Source of the DNA: Actinomycetes bacterium
Lineage (GTDB): Bacteria > Actinomycetota > Acidimicrobiia > Acidimicrobiales > Ilumatobacteraceae
Direction: 5' to 3'
DNA length: 64,000 nt
NCBI GenBank assembly: GCA_021414085.1
Contig: JAIOPC010000011.1
Coordinates: 128,914-192,913, forward strand
Each line of letters begins with the position of its first letter. Position 1 is the stretch's first letter. Positions 26,875 to 37,054 of this stretch are shown here, one piece after another. The notes beneath the pieces are model-generated. The model worked only from the letters and a program-made list of their open reading frames with translations. It was not told the origin of the DNA and did not search any database. A program made the position numbers and the translations under genes.

Positions 26875-26918
26875 GTTCACCTTGCGTTCACCTATCGGCG
26901 GGCGTGTCGTCACTTAGC
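26875..26918 (+). promoter_or_regulatory. PHO-box-like direct repeats upstream of pstS
   Basis: GTTCACCTTGC (26875-26885) and GTTCACCTATC (26886-26896) are two adjacent 11-nt units. A third, degenerate unit CGTCACTTAGC (26908-26918) lies one unit further on. This matches the actinobacterial PhoP/RegX3 11-nt direct-repeat architecture. Confidence 0.65.
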
Positions 26919-26968
26919 TTTCGTACCGTTCCTGTCGGTTGAAACCCCTACCCACAGGAGAACACAAC

Positions 26969-28042
26969 GTGAACAAGTCCACCGGGCGACTCGTAATCGC
27001 CTCGATTGCCGGCCTCTCGCTCTTCGCCGCCGCATGCGGCGACGATGAGGGTGCCAAAGAAGAAGCCACCACCACAGTCGAAGCTGTCGACACCACCACT
27101 GGTGCCGACGAGACGACCACGACGGTTGAGGAAGTAGCTGGCGGCGAAGTATTCGTCACCGGTTCATCCACTGTCGAGCCGATCGCCGTGCTCGTTGGCG
27201 AACTCGCCGATGCAAACACCGGCGGCGCACTGGCCGTCACTGTCGAAGGTCCTGGCACCGGCGACGGTTTCAAGAAGTTCTGCGCCGGCGAAGCCGACGT
27301 TGCTGACGCATCGCGCCACATCAAGGACGAAGAAGCCGCGCTGTGCGCCGAAGCTGGCATCGACTTCATCGAGCTCGAGATCGGCATCGACGGTCTCACC
27401 GTTGCCACCAGCCCGAACAACGACGCAGTCACCTGCCTCGACTTCCCGGCGCTGTACGCGCTGATCGGTCCCGAGGCTGAGGGCTTCACCAACTGGACCG
27501 ACGCGCAGGCGTTGGCCACCGAGCTCGGCTCGACCTCGGAAGCGTTCCCCGACGCCGACCTGGTGATCACGGGCCCCGGCCCGGAGAGCGGTACCTACGA
27601 CTCGTTCATCGAGATTGCGTTCAAGAAGATTGCAGAGGGTCGCGGTACTGACCCGAAGGCAGCTCGTAACGACTACACCCAGAGCCCGAACGACAACGTC
27701 ATCGTCGAAGGCATCGAGGGCAGCGACAGCAGCCTGGGCTGGGTCGGCTTTGCGTTCTACGAAGCCGAAGCGGATCGCATGAAGGCAATCGAGATCGACA
27801 AGGGCGACGGTTGCGTCGCCCCCACCGTCGACACGATCGCCGACGGCAGCTACCCGCTCAGCCGCTCGCTGTTCATGTACGTCAACGCACAGAAGTTGGC
27901 TGAGAACCCGGCCATCGGCGCCTACGTTGATCTCTTCCTCAGCGAAGAGGGCATCGCCAAGGTGACCGAGGCTGGCTACGTGGCCATCCCGGCTGACCGC
28001 CTTGAGGCCAGCCGCACCACCTGGGCCGACGCAACGGCCTAA
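26969..28042 (+). CDS. pstS: phosphate ABC transporter substrate-binding lipoprotein
   Basis: Lipobox FAAAC. VFVTGSSTVEP and GPGTGDGFKKF motifs. The GTG at 26969 is preceded by AGGAGA. Confidence 0.88.
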   Translation: MNKSTGRLVIASIAGLSLFAAACGDDEGAKEEATTTVEAVDTTTGADETTTTVEEVAGGEVFVTGSSTVEPIAVLVGELADANTGGALAVTVEGPGTGDGFKKFCAGEADVADASRHIKDEEAALCAEAGIDFIELEIGIDGLTVATSPNNDAVTCLDFPALYALIGPEAEGFTNWTDAQALATELGSTSEAFPDADLVITGPGPESGTYDSFIEIAFKKIAEGRGTDPKAARNDYTQSPNDNVIVEGIEGSDSSLGWVGFAFYEAEADRMKAIEIDKGDGCVAPTVDTIADGSYPLSRSLFMYVNAQKLAENPAIGAYVDLFLSEEGIAKVTEAGYVAIPADRLEASRTTWADATA

Positions 28043-28060
28043 GTAAAACTCCCCACCTAA

Positions 28061-28100
28061 GATGGGACCGGGCCTTGTCATCAAGGGGCCCGGTCCCATC
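28061..28100 (+). other. intercistronic stem-loop between pstS and pstC
   Basis: GATGGGACCGGGCC...GGCCCGGTCCCATC forms a 14-bp perfect stem, extendable with CCTTG/CAAGG. No U tract. Confidence 0.6.
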
Positions 28101-28123
28101 GCAGGGGGAATCTTGAGCATCTG

Positions 28124-29080
28124 ATGGTCACCACGCCAGCCACCCTCCTTGTCAGCGATTTCCGCGGCAACCCCCGACGAATGCGCAAAGAGCGCTTCAT
28201 GCGTGGGCTGCTTTTCGCGGCCGCTGCCTTGTCGATCGTGATCAGTGCGCTGATCGTGTGGACCCTGTTCACCGAAGCCTGGACCTTTCTCTCCGGATTG
28301 ATCGACGAGGCCGGTATCGGTGCGCTAATCGACGGCGGTAAAGCACCCGGCTGGTACCCCCGCAACAGTCGCTTCGACATTCCGACCATTGTCTACGGCA
28401 CGCTGATTGTGTCGATGGTCTCGATCGTTGTCGCCGCTCCGCTTGGACTCGGCGCCGCTGTGTACCTCAGCGAGTACGCGTCACCGCGAGCACGGCGCGT
28501 TCTGAAGCCAATTCTCGAGGTGCTCGCCGGTATCCCGAGCGTTGTGTTTGGTTTCTTCGCACTACGCGTGCTTGGCCCCGACCTGATCAAGCCGCTCTTC
28601 GACACCACTCAGAACACCAGCCTGCTCGTCACCGGTGTTGCCATCGGTGTGCTGGTGACTCCGCTGATGGCATCGATCTCAGAGGACGCCTTGCGGTCCG
28701 TGCCCGCGTCGCTTCGTGAAGCGAGCACCGGCTTGGGGGCACGCAAGAGCACGACGGTTGTGAAGGTCGTGCTACCCGCCGCGGTGTCAGGCATCATCGC
28801 GGCGCTCTTGATCTCGGTCTCACGCGCGATCGGCGAGACGATGATCGCCGCGCTCGCGTCGGGCCGATTGGGCCAGTCGCCTCGCACTACCGACCCGCGC
28901 GATCCCGGCCTGCCGATGACGTCGGCGATGGCCCAGCTCGCTGTTGGCAGCGACCAAGTCGTCGGCAGCACGCTTGCGTTCCAGAGTCTCTTCTTCGTCG
29001 GCGCGCTGTTGTTCTTGATGACGTTGGCGCTCAACATGGTTGCGGGTCGCGTTGTCCGCAAGTTCCGGAACGCGTACTAA
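28124..29080 (+). CDS. pstC: phosphate ABC transporter permease
   Basis: Polytopic permease with an EAA-like loop (SEDALRSVPASLREASTGLGA). Position in the pst operon. Confidence 0.9.
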   Translation: MVTTPATLLVSDFRGNPRRMRKERFMRGLLFAAAALSIVISALIVWTLFTEAWTFLSGLIDEAGIGALIDGGKAPGWYPRNSRFDIPTIVYGTLIVSMVSIVVAAPLGLGAAVYLSEYASPRARRVLKPILEVLAGIPSVVFGFFALRVLGPDLIKPLFDTTQNTSLLVTGVAIGVLVTPLMASISEDALRSVPASLREASTGLGARKSTTVVKVVLPAAVSGIIAALLISVSRAIGETMIAALASGRLGQSPRTTDPRDPGLPMTSAMAQLAVGSDQVVGSTLAFQSLFFVGALLFLMTLALNMVAGRVVRKFRNAY

Positions 29081-29084
29081 CGCC

Positions 29085-30050
29085 ATGGCAATTACCGCTG
29101 CAATCACGACCTCAACGTCGAAATCCGTGCGCGCCGCGCTCACCGATTCGAAACGCGACGTGCGCGGCTATCTCTTCGCTGGAGTGCTGCTGCTGTGCCT
29201 GCTCACTGCGCTGCTTGTTCTCACCGTGCTGATGTGGGACGTAGTCGCCAGCGCGATCCCCGTGTTCCAGAAGCGCAGCACCGGCTTCCTGACGAATGAC
29301 CTTGCGTCGAGTCCCGATAAAGCCGGTGTCAGCCAGGGTATTTGGGGATCGTTGGTGATTGCTGGTTTCGTGATCGTGCTGGCTTTCCCGATCGGCATCT
29401 TTGCCGGCGTCTACCTGGAGGAATACGCCAAGTCGAATCGCCTGACGCGTTTCATCGAGTTGAACATTCGCAACCTTGCCGGCGTGCCCAGCGTTGTGTA
29501 CGGCATTCTCGGTTTGGTCGTGTTCGTGCAGGGCCTCACGTGGTTCACCGGGGGCCGCAGCGTGATCGCAGCAGGTATCACGCTCGCAATCCTGGTGCTG
29601 CCGATCATCATCATCACGACCGCGGAGTCCGTGCGCGCCGTTCCGGCGGGATTGCGCGAAGCAGGTTTTGGTGTCGGCGCAACGCAATGGGAAGTCACAC
29701 GCGACCACGTGTTGCCGTACGCGGCGCCGGGAATTCTCACCGGCACGATGTTGGCTGTTGCCCGCGCGCTGGGCGAGGCCGCGCCGCTGTTACTGATCGG
29801 TGCAATCACGGGTCGCCTCGCCAGCCTCCCCGGCGAAAGCATCGTCGATCAACTGCAGGGCAAGTTCACCGCGATGCCGATCGTCATTTACGGATGGGCC
29901 AATGAAGTCAACAAGCCCGGCAAGATCACTGGGCTGACGTTCGAAGATCTCAACGCTGCAGCAATTGTGGTGTTGTTGGCGATGGTGTTGTTGTTGAACG
30001 GCGCGGCGATTCTGCTGCGCAACCGGTTCGAGAAGAGGCGGCAAGGGTGA
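29085..30050 (+). CDS. pstA: phosphate ABC transporter permease
   Basis: Polytopic permease ([22 protein letters not shown]). The ATG at 29085 is 5 nt after the pstC stop. Confidence 0.9.
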   Translation: MAITAAITTSTSKSVRAALTDSKRDVRGYLFAGVLLLCLLTALLVLTVLMWDVVASAIPVFQKRSTGFLTNDLASSPDKAGVSQGIWGSLVIAGFVIVLAFPIGIFAGVYLEEYAKSNRLTRFIELNIRNLAGVPSVVYGILGLVVFVQGLTWFTGGRSVIAAGITLAILVLPIIIITTAESVRAVPAGLREAGFGVGATQWEVTRDHVLPYAAPGILTGTMLAVARALGEAAPLLLIGAITGRLASLPGESIVDQLQGKFTAMPIVIYGWANEVNKPGKITGLTFEDLNAAAIVVLLAMVLLLNGAAILLRNRFEKRRQG

Positions 30051-30904
30051 ACGGAGCGTTAGATACCATGAGCGAAGTGAAAGTCACTGCACCCGCACAA
30101 GTGACAAGCGACCCGGGTGAAACCGCGGTGTTCGCGACGAACAATCTGGCGGTGTATTACGGCGCCTTTCGTGCCGTCCGCGAGGTCAATCTCTCGATCC
30201 TGCGTCACCAGATCACGGCCTTCATCGGCCCGTCCGGCTGTGGCAAGTCCACCGTGCTGCGCTGTTTCAATCGAATGAACGATCTCATCCCCACGGCTCG
30301 AGTCGAGGGCGACATTCGTTATCACGGAGTCGATCTCTACGACCCGCAGGTGAGTGCCGTAGAAGTGCGTCGCCGCATTGGCATGGTGTTCCAGAAGCCG
30401 AACCCGTTTCCGAAGAGCATCTTCGACAACGTCGCCTATGGGCCGCGCCTTTCCGGCATCAAGCGCAAGAGCGAGCTCGACGACGCGGTCGAGAAGTCGT
30501 TGCGCGGGGCGGCCCTATGGGACGAGGTCAAGGATCGCTTGAAGTCGAGCGGGATGGGCCTCTCCGGCGGCCAACAGCAGCGGCTTTGCATCGCCCGCGC
30601 CATCGCCGTTGAGCCGGAGGTGTTGCTGATGGACGAGCCGTGTTCGTCGCTCGACCCGATCGCCACGGCTCGCATCGAAGATCTGATGCAGGAAATCAAG
30701 AGCGACTACACGATCATTATCGTCACTCACAACATGCAGCAGGCCGCCCGCGTCAGCGACCGCACCGCGTTCTTCACAACAGAAGTCAACGCCGAGAGCG
30801 ACCGGCGCACGGGTGTGCTGGTCGAATTCGCAGCAACAGCGCAGATGTTCTCGAAGCCTGGTGACGAACGCACTGAGGCGTATGTTTCTGGGAGGTTCGG
30901 CTGA
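30047..30904 (+). CDS. pstB: phosphate ABC transporter ATP-binding protein
   Basis: Walker [10 protein letters not shown], signature LSGGQQQRL, Walker B LLMDEP. Start is either the GTG at 30047 (GTGA overlap with pstA) or the ATG at 30068. Confidence 0.93.
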   Translation: MNGALDTMSEVKVTAPAQVTSDPGETAVFATNNLAVYYGAFRAVREVNLSILRHQITAFIGPSGCGKSTVLRCFNRMNDLIPTARVEGDIRYHGVDLYDPQVSAVEVRRRIGMVFQKPNPFPKSIFDNVAYGPRLSGIKRKSELDDAVEKSLRGAALWDEVKDRLKSSGMGLSGGQQQRLCIARAIAVEPEVLLMDEPCSSLDPIATARIEDLMQEIKSDYTIIIVTHNMQQAARVSDRTAFFTTEVNAESDRRTGVLVEFAATAQMFSKPGDERTEAYVSGRFG

Positions 30905-31656
30905 TGGAAGAGCTACGTAAGGCCTATCACGGCGAGCTCGAACAGGCTCGTTCCGAGCTTGCTCGTTTGGCTGCGCTCGTCGTCGAACTTCTGCCGCGGG
31001 CCACCTCTGTGTTGCTCGACGGCGACCTCGAGGGAGCGGAATACATCATCAAGGGCGATGCTGCGTTCGACCAACGCTGTGTTGACTTAGAAGAGCAGTG
31101 CCTGCGCATCCTTGCTTTGCAAGCGCCCGTGGCAACGGAACTGCGTCAGGTCGTTGCGTTGATGAAGATGATCGCCGAAGTCGAACGCAGCGCGGATCTG
31201 ATCTGCAACATCTGCAAGGCCGCCCGTCGCATCTACGGCCACGAGCTGGATCCGAAGCTGCGCGGGATCATCAATCGCATGAGCGAGCAGGCGCAGCAGC
31301 TCTACACCGCAACGATCGAAGCGTTTGTTGAGAACGACGACGCAATGGCCGCCGCGCTCGACGACATGGATGCGTACCTCGACGCGTTGCAGAAGCAATT
31401 CATCCAGGCCATTTTCGAGAGTCAGGCCGCGGGCCGTATCGATCTGCAGGTCGCTGTTCAGTTGGCGGTGGTGGCGCGGTTCTACGAGCGCATTGGCGAT
31501 CACGCCGTCAACATCGCCGAGCGCGTGCGCTTCGTTATCACGGGCTGGGTTCCCGACCATAAGAAGGCACCGCGACCGAAGATCGAACTCGACGACAGCG
31601 AATTGGGCAACGGCACGGCCGCAGACGACACCGCACCGGCATCCGGAGGATCGTGA
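30904..31656 (+). CDS. phoU: phosphate signalling complex protein PhoU (with about 30-aa C-terminal extension)
   Basis: Two PhoU repeats (EVERSADL.., [13 protein letters not shown]). The start overlaps the pstB stop (TGATG). Confidence 0.9.
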   Translation: MEELRKAYHGELEQARSELARLAALVVELLPRATSVLLDGDLEGAEYIIKGDAAFDQRCVDLEEQCLRILALQAPVATELRQVVALMKMIAEVERSADLICNICKAARRIYGHELDPKLRGIINRMSEQAQQLYTATIEAFVENDDAMAAALDDMDAYLDALQKQFIQAIFESQAAGRIDLQVAVQLAVVARFYERIGDHAVNIAERVRFVITGWVPDHKKAPRPKIELDDSELGNGTAADDTAPASGGS

Positions 31657-32741
31657 GCTTGTTTGGCAAGGGCGAGATCGACCGCCTTCGCCGAGAATTG
31701 GCCAGGGAAGCATCTGCGCGTCAGGTGGTCGAAGAGCATGCTGCCCAACTGAGCAGCGGGCTCGACGCGGTGCCAGCTGGCCTTGTTCTCGCTGACCACC
31801 ACGGCACGATCCTGCTGCGCAACGGAGCGGCCTCGCGCGGCGGCCATGCCGATGTGCTGCTAGAAGAGGCTGTCGAGCACGCTCTGGCGGCCGCTGGCAA
31901 GGGCGAGACAGCCGAGCAAAAGGTGACGCTCTTCGGACCCCCACAACAAGTGCTGCTGGTGCGTGGCATCCCACTGGTTGGCGGTGGAGCGCTCGCCATC
32001 ATCGACGATCTCACTGATCGGGCGCGCATCGATGCCGTTCGTACCGACTTCGTGTCCAATATCAGCCACGAGTTGAAGACGCCGGTCGGGGCGCTGGCTG
32101 TCTTGGCTGAAGCACTCGCCGACAGCGACGATCTCGAGATCAATCGGCACCTGGCCAAGAAGATGATCGAAGAAGCGCACCGCGCCTCGGGCACGATTGA
32201 CGATCTGCTCGAGCTGTCACGGATCGAACTAGATGGTCGCGGAGTACGCGAAGAAGTGCACCTGACGTCGGTGCTTGGCGAGGCGGTGGGCCGCCATCGG
32301 CTACGCGCCGAAACTCTGGGTGTGCAGCTCTGTATCGGTTCTGTCGAGCCCGACTCGCTCGAAGCGGATGGACTGCAGCTGGTTTCGGCGGTCAGCAACC
32401 TCGTCGACAACGCGGTGAAATACAGCGACGTTGGCAGCAAGGTACGCATCACCGCCGCCCTCGTCGACCAGTGGGCCGAGATCGAAGTTGCTGATCAGGG
32501 CATAGGCATCCCCGCACGCGATGTGGATCGGATCTTCGAACGCTTCTACCGCGTTGATCGAGCGCGCAGCCGCGAGACCGGTGGTACTGGCTTGGGCCTG
32601 GCGATCGTGCGCCACGTGGCGACAAATCACGGAGGCGAAGTGAGTGTTGTTTCTCGCGAAGGTGAGGGCTCGACGTTCACGCTGCGAATTCCGCTGGCCG
32701 TTGACACCATCGTTGACAGTCCGATGGAACGGAGCGCATAA
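31653..32741 (+). CDS. senX3: sensor histidine kinase, SenX3/PhoR-like, apparently soluble (PAS-HisKA-HATPase)
   Basis: H-box SNISHELKTP. N, G1 and G2 boxes (LVDNAVKYS, DQGIGIP, GGTGLGLAI). No hydrophobic segment in the first about 130 aa. The GTG start overlaps the phoU stop (GTGA). Confidence 0.85.
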   Translation: MSLFGKGEIDRLRRELAREASARQVVEEHAAQLSSGLDAVPAGLVLADHHGTILLRNGAASRGGHADVLLEEAVEHALAAAGKGETAEQKVTLFGPPQQVLLVRGIPLVGGGALAIIDDLTDRARIDAVRTDFVSNISHELKTPVGALAVLAEALADSDDLEINRHLAKKMIEEAHRASGTIDDLLELSRIELDGRGVREEVHLTSVLGEAVGRHRLRAETLGVQLCIGSVEPDSLEADGLQLVSAVSNLVDNAVKYSDVGSKVRITAALVDQWAEIEVADQGIGIPARDVDRIFERFYRVDRARSRETGGTGLGLAIVRHVATNHGGEVSVVSREGEGSTFTLRIPLAVDTIVDSPMERSA

Positions 32742-33458
32742 ATGGCTAGCCAAACAGCACACACCGTGCTGGTCGTAGAAGACGAGTCGAGCTACGTCGA
32801 GGCGCTCATGGTTGGGCTTGGGCGCGAGGGCTTTCGGGTCGTGGTTGCAACTGATGGGGCTGAGGCGCTGGCCCGCTTCGACAGCGTGCAACCCGATGTC
32901 GTTCTGCTCGACGTAATGCTGCCCAAAGTCAGTGGTCTCGACGTGTGTCGTCAGCTGCGCAAGCGCAGCCAGGTTCCGATCATCATGGTGACGGCGAAGG
33001 GTGCCGAAATCGACACCGTCGTCGGGCTAGAGGTCGGTGCCGACGACTACGTCACCAAGCCTTATCGAATGCGCGAGCTCGTCGCCCGCATGCACGCGGT
33101 CATGCGCCGGCGGGGCATCGTCCCCGCTGCCACCACCGAGGTTCCGGTCGGTGCCCTGACGGTGGGCGATGTCAGCCTTGACTCCGAGGAGCATCGGGTA
33201 ATCGTCGACGATGCCGAGGTTGCGCTGCCGCTCAAGGAGTTTGAGCTTTTGCACCTGTTGCTGGCCAACGCCGGTCGTGTCATGTCGCGCGATCTACTCA
33301 TCGATCGCGTGTGGGGCGCCGACTATGTCGGCGACACGAAGACCCTCGACGTACACGTCAAGCGGCTGCGCAGCAAGGTCGAACCCGACCCAACCAACCC
33401 GACTCGCATCACCACCATTCGCGGCTTGGGTTACAAATACGAGCGCCCGCGGACCTGA
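32742..33458 (+). CDS. regX3: OmpR-family response regulator, RegX3/PhoP-like
   Basis: Receiver domain (VLVVEDE, LLDVMLP, MVTAK) and winged helix. Close to mycobacterial RegX3 (VVGLEVGADDYVTKPY). Confidence 0.88.
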   Translation: MASQTAHTVLVVEDESSYVEALMVGLGREGFRVVVATDGAEALARFDSVQPDVVLLDVMLPKVSGLDVCRQLRKRSQVPIIMVTAKGAEIDTVVGLEVGADDYVTKPYRMRELVARMHAVMRRRGIVPAATTEVPVGALTVGDVSLDSEEHRVIVDDAEVALPLKEFELLHLLLANAGRVMSRDLLIDRVWGADYVGDTKTLDVHVKRLRSKVEPDPTNPTRITTIRGLGYKYERPRT

Positions 33459-33498
33459 TCGCCGTTCTGGCCTTGCCGGTGCCACCTACGATGCGTCT

Positions 33499-34839
33499 GT
33501 GAGCAGCGAGCGAGTGCGAGCCGACGCGGTGTACCGCAGCGGCAGGCGGCCCCGCCAGACGCCAGTGCAGTCGCAATCACCGTTCCGTCGCCTCGCCCGC
33601 ACGCATGCGCTGATGGCGATGGGCGATGCCGCGATGTACGGCGCTCTCGCTGGCTCGGTGCTGTTCAGCCTCAGCCCCGACGCCCAGCGCGATCGCGTGT
33701 TGCTCTACTTGCTGGTCTCGGTCGCACCCTTCGCTGTGGTCGCACCAGCGATCGGGCCAACCGTCGATCGCATTCCTGGTGGCCGGCGAATGGTCATGCA
33801 GATCACCTCGGTTGCGCGCGCTCTTGTGTACGTGATGATGGCGTTCCACGTCGACGACGTGCTGCTGTATCCGTTGATCTTCGGGGCAATGGTGATGCAG
33901 AAGACCTACGCAGTGTCGAAGTCGGCGCTCGTTCCGAGTGTGGTGAACAGCGAAGCAGAACTCGTCGAGGCCAACTCGAAGTTGAGTCTGATTTCGGGTG
34001 TCGTCGGAGCTCTCGCGATCGGTCCACTGGTGGGGATCGGCAAGCTCAGCGCACCCGCGGCGCTCTTTCTTGGCGCGGCCGCCTTTGTGATGGCCACCTT
34101 CGCGGCCAACCGACTGCCGCGCGATGTAGTCGCCGCCGCGCCGCCGCGAAGGGAGGAACGCCGCGAATTGCGTTCCTCTGGCATCGTGCTGGCCACCGGC
34201 GCAATGGCACTCATTCGGGCGACCATCGGCTTCCTTACATTCCATCTGTTCTTCTGGCTGCGCGAGGAGTACGGCCTTGTGCAGTTCGGGCTCGCCGCCG
34301 GCGCCTCGACAGTGGGGTCGATGATCGGCAACCTGATCGCGCCCTTCCTGCGTCGGTCGATCCGCGAGGAGGTGATGTTGACGATCGCGCTCGGTGTCAT
34401 CGCGTTCGCTGGCGTCGGCGCGGCGACAACTGGCGGACTGGGGACGGCGATCCTGCTGGCGTTCGTGATCAACTTCAGCTCAGCGATTGGTCGTTTGGCG
34501 TTTGATGCCATCGTGCAGCGCGATGCGCCGGATGCGAACCAGGGCCGGGCGTTTGCTCGTTTCGAAACTCGGTTTCAGTTGGCGTGGGTGCTTGGGTGTT
34601 TGCCGTCTGTGTTCTTCACCTTGCCCGGCGAGATCGGCTTTCTCGTCGTTGGTCTCATCGGAGCTTTTGCCTCGGCTACCTATCTTCTCGGCTGGCGGGC
34701 GGTGCGTGCCGGCAAGCCAGTGCCGCTGTCGCTGACGGCGCGTGCCCGTAAGAGCCTCGCGGCCGAGGTGGCACGACGCCGTGGCAACACGCCCGTGAAG
34801 GGAACCAAACGGCCCGAACGCCACCGATCGCGCCCCTGA
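33499..34839 (+). CDS. MFS transporter
   Basis: About 12 hydrophobic helices. ORF 33211.. overlaps regX3, so the start is set to the in-frame GTG at 33499. The start is uncertain. Confidence 0.65.
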   Translation: MSSERVRADAVYRSGRRPRQTPVQSQSPFRRLARTHALMAMGDAAMYGALAGSVLFSLSPDAQRDRVLLYLLVSVAPFAVVAPAIGPTVDRIPGGRRMVMQITSVARALVYVMMAFHVDDVLLYPLIFGAMVMQKTYAVSKSALVPSVVNSEAELVEANSKLSLISGVVGALAIGPLVGIGKLSAPAALFLGAAAFVMATFAANRLPRDVVAAAPPRREERRELRSSGIVLATGAMALIRATIGFLTFHLFFWLREEYGLVQFGLAAGASTVGSMIGNLIAPFLRRSIREEVMLTIALGVIAFAGVGAATTGGLGTAILLAFVINFSSAIGRLAFDAIVQRDAPDANQGRAFARFETRFQLAWVLGCLPSVFFTLPGEIGFLVVGLIGAFASATYLLGWRAVRAGKPVPLSLTARARKSLAAEVARRRGNTPVKGTKRPERHRSRP

Positions 34840-34840
34840 A

Positions 34841-35920
34841 CTAGCTGTTGCTCGCCAACAGTTGCAGTACCCGATCGACGGGCAAACCAGGGATCACCGT
34901 GCCGTCGACACCAGCAACCGTGTCGGCAACGAAGAGCGAGTTGCAGACCGCCTCTTCCGTTGCATCGACTACCGACGCAAAGACCGCGTCGATTGAACCG
35001 TCGCCCAGCAACTCAGTGCTTGCCAGACCCTCCGCCCGCCGTGGCCTTCGGTTCGTCGTGCTGACGGCGCAGAAAATGTCGCCGCTGCCGTGATGGGCCA
35101 CGGCACCGCACCGCGCCAGTCCGAGGCCAACGCGAGTGGCGACGCGTCGAAGCTGTCGAGCGTCGAGCGCGATGTCGGTGCACACGATGCCGATGCAACT
35201 GCCGCCGGGCGGTGTTGTGGTCGCGGGTGTGGGTTCGAGCAACTGCGGACCGATGTGCCTGCCGCTGATACGTAAATCAGCACGGCTGCCGAAGTTGCAC
35301 AGCAGCAACACGCCGACGGTCCCGAAGTCGGGGATGTGACGCGATGCGGTGCCGATACCGGCCTTGAAACCCATCGTGACCATTCCCGAGCCAGCTCCAA
35401 TCGCACCCTCGGCTACCGGCCCCGTCGTTGCTTTTGCAATTGCTTCGCGAGCGTGCGCGGCCGTGACCCAACGCCGTCGAAACTCGTCGAGGTGCGAGTC
35501 GTCGCACTCGCCGACAACTGGGATGACGACCGCGTCGGCGCCGGCGGCGTAGAGCTCGTCGACTGCACCGTCGTAGACACGCCCGACCGACGACGTGCCC
35601 GTGAGCATGATCGGTGTTTCCAGGGTGCCCCACTCTGCGATCGTGATCGCCCCGGTGAGCTCGCCCGCGCCGTTCAACACGGCCGACGCAGCTGCCATCG
35701 GGCGGGCGAACAGCGCGGCGGGGTCGTCCAGCACGATCGCCGTCACACCCGTGCGCGCGATCGGCTCGGTTCCATCGCCGTGCCACACCGTCACTTGGCC
35801 AACGCGCACACCAGGCACGTCGGTGATCGCATTGTGCGGCCCGGTGGGACGCGAACCAAACGTCAGCCCAAGCTCGCGAGCACGTTTGCGTGGTTCCGGT
35901 GGTCGTGGCGATGAACTCAT
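34841..35920 (-). CDS. P1 (DmpA/S58) family aminopeptidase
   Basis: GPHNAITDVPGVRVGQVT and LLLCNFGS regions typical of DmpA-like Ntn peptidases. Start set to the ATG at 35920. Confidence 0.75.
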   Translation of the reverse strand: MSSSPRPPEPRKRARELGLTFGSRPTGPHNAITDVPGVRVGQVTVWHGDGTEPIARTGVTAIVLDDPAALFARPMAAASAVLNGAGELTGAITIAEWGTLETPIMLTGTSSVGRVYDGAVDELYAAGADAVVIPVVGECDDSHLDEFRRRWVTAAHAREAIAKATTGPVAEGAIGAGSGMVTMGFKAGIGTASRHIPDFGTVGVLLLCNFGSRADLRISGRHIGPQLLEPTPATTTPPGGSCIGIVCTDIALDARQLRRVATRVGLGLARCGAVAHHGSGDIFCAVSTTNRRPRRAEGLASTELLGDGSIDAVFASVVDATEEAVCNSLFVADTVAGVDGTVIPGLPVDRVLQLLASNS

Positions 35921-35989
35921 GGACGGCAATCTAGAGTCGGCTCGGTGAGTGCTGCGCACCGTCAACCTGAACGGCCGCCCGTCGTCGCG

Positions 35990-37054
35990 ATGCCGACGGT
36001 GTGGACCGATCGCCATCGTGGCCACGCGACCGACGGCGGCTATTGGCTGGGCATTCATCTTCCCGGCGATGAAGAACCCGAGCGCGGCGACGCGCTACGC
36101 GCGCAATTGGTTGCGGCCGGCTCGAGAATCGTGGACGCGCCGGATCTCGGATTGCTCCCGGTCCTGGCGGTACACGATGAACGGTTTGTCGACTGTTTGC
36201 GACGTGCATATCCCGAGTGGGTTGCGGCGGGACACGTGCAAGACCCGGGCCAACCGCTCGTTGTGCCGTATGTGTTTGCCACATCCGGATTCGCGGCTCG
36301 GGCCCGACGCGACCGTCCGCCCACCACGATCCGGGCGGAGATCGGTTTGTACGCAACCGACACGCTGACGCTCTTGGGCGCAGGCACGTTCGATGCCGCG
36401 GTTGCGGCTGTGCACGTGTCGGTGCATACTGCTGATCTGGTCGCCGACGGTCTGCCTGCTGCGTTTGCCGCAGTGCGCCCTCCCGGCCACCACGCGGGGC
36501 CAGCGTTCTTCGGTGGCGCGTGTTACTTCAACAACGCGGCCGCCGCAGCACAGCATCTGCGCTCACGCGGTGTTTCACGCGTCGCAATCGTCGACATCGA
36601 TGCGCACCAGGGAAACGGTACGCAGGAGATCTTCTGGAACCGCGGCGATGTCTTCTATGGCAGCGTCCACGTCGACCCTGGTGCCGGGTGGTATCCCCAC
36701 TTTGTTGGCTACGCCGACGAGGTCGGCGAAGGTGCCGGCGCAGGCGCAACGCTGAACGTGCCAATGCCTGCAGGTACCGGCGACGCGCAGTGGCTTGCCG
36801 GATTGGCAACGATTGTCGACGCTGTCCGCGCCCACGGCAGTGAAGCACTCGTCGTTTCGCTCGGTGTCGATGCGGAGGCCGACGATCCGAACAGTCCGTT
36901 GCAAATCACAGCAACTGGCTTTCGCGAGGCGGGCAGACTGCTTGGCGAGTTGCGTGTGCCAACAGTGTTCGTACAAGAGGGTGGCTACAACCTTGGACAC
37001 TTCGCCGCCTTGGTGTGCGAGGTCCTACATGGATTTGGGGAACGACATGGCTGA
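35990..37054 (+). CDS. histone deacetylase-family amidohydrolase (acetylpolyamine/acetoin-utilisation type)
   Basis: RPPGHHA, DIDAHQGNGTQEIF and GGYN motifs. Start is the ATG at 35990 (MPTVWTDRH), with the GTG at 35945 as an alternative. Confidence 0.85.
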   Translation: MPTVWTDRHRGHATDGGYWLGIHLPGDEEPERGDALRAQLVAAGSRIVDAPDLGLLPVLAVHDERFVDCLRRAYPEWVAAGHVQDPGQPLVVPYVFATSGFAARARRDRPPTTIRAEIGLYATDTLTLLGAGTFDAAVAAVHVSVHTADLVADGLPAAFAAVRPPGHHAGPAFFGGACYFNNAAAAAQHLRSRGVSRVAIVDIDAHQGNGTQEIFWNRGDVFYGSVHVDPGAGWYPHFVGYADEVGEGAGAGATLNVPMPAGTGDAQWLAGLATIVDAVRAHGSEALVVSLGVDAEADDPNSPLQITATGFREAGRLLGELRVPTVFVQEGGYNLGHFAALVCEVLHGFGERHG

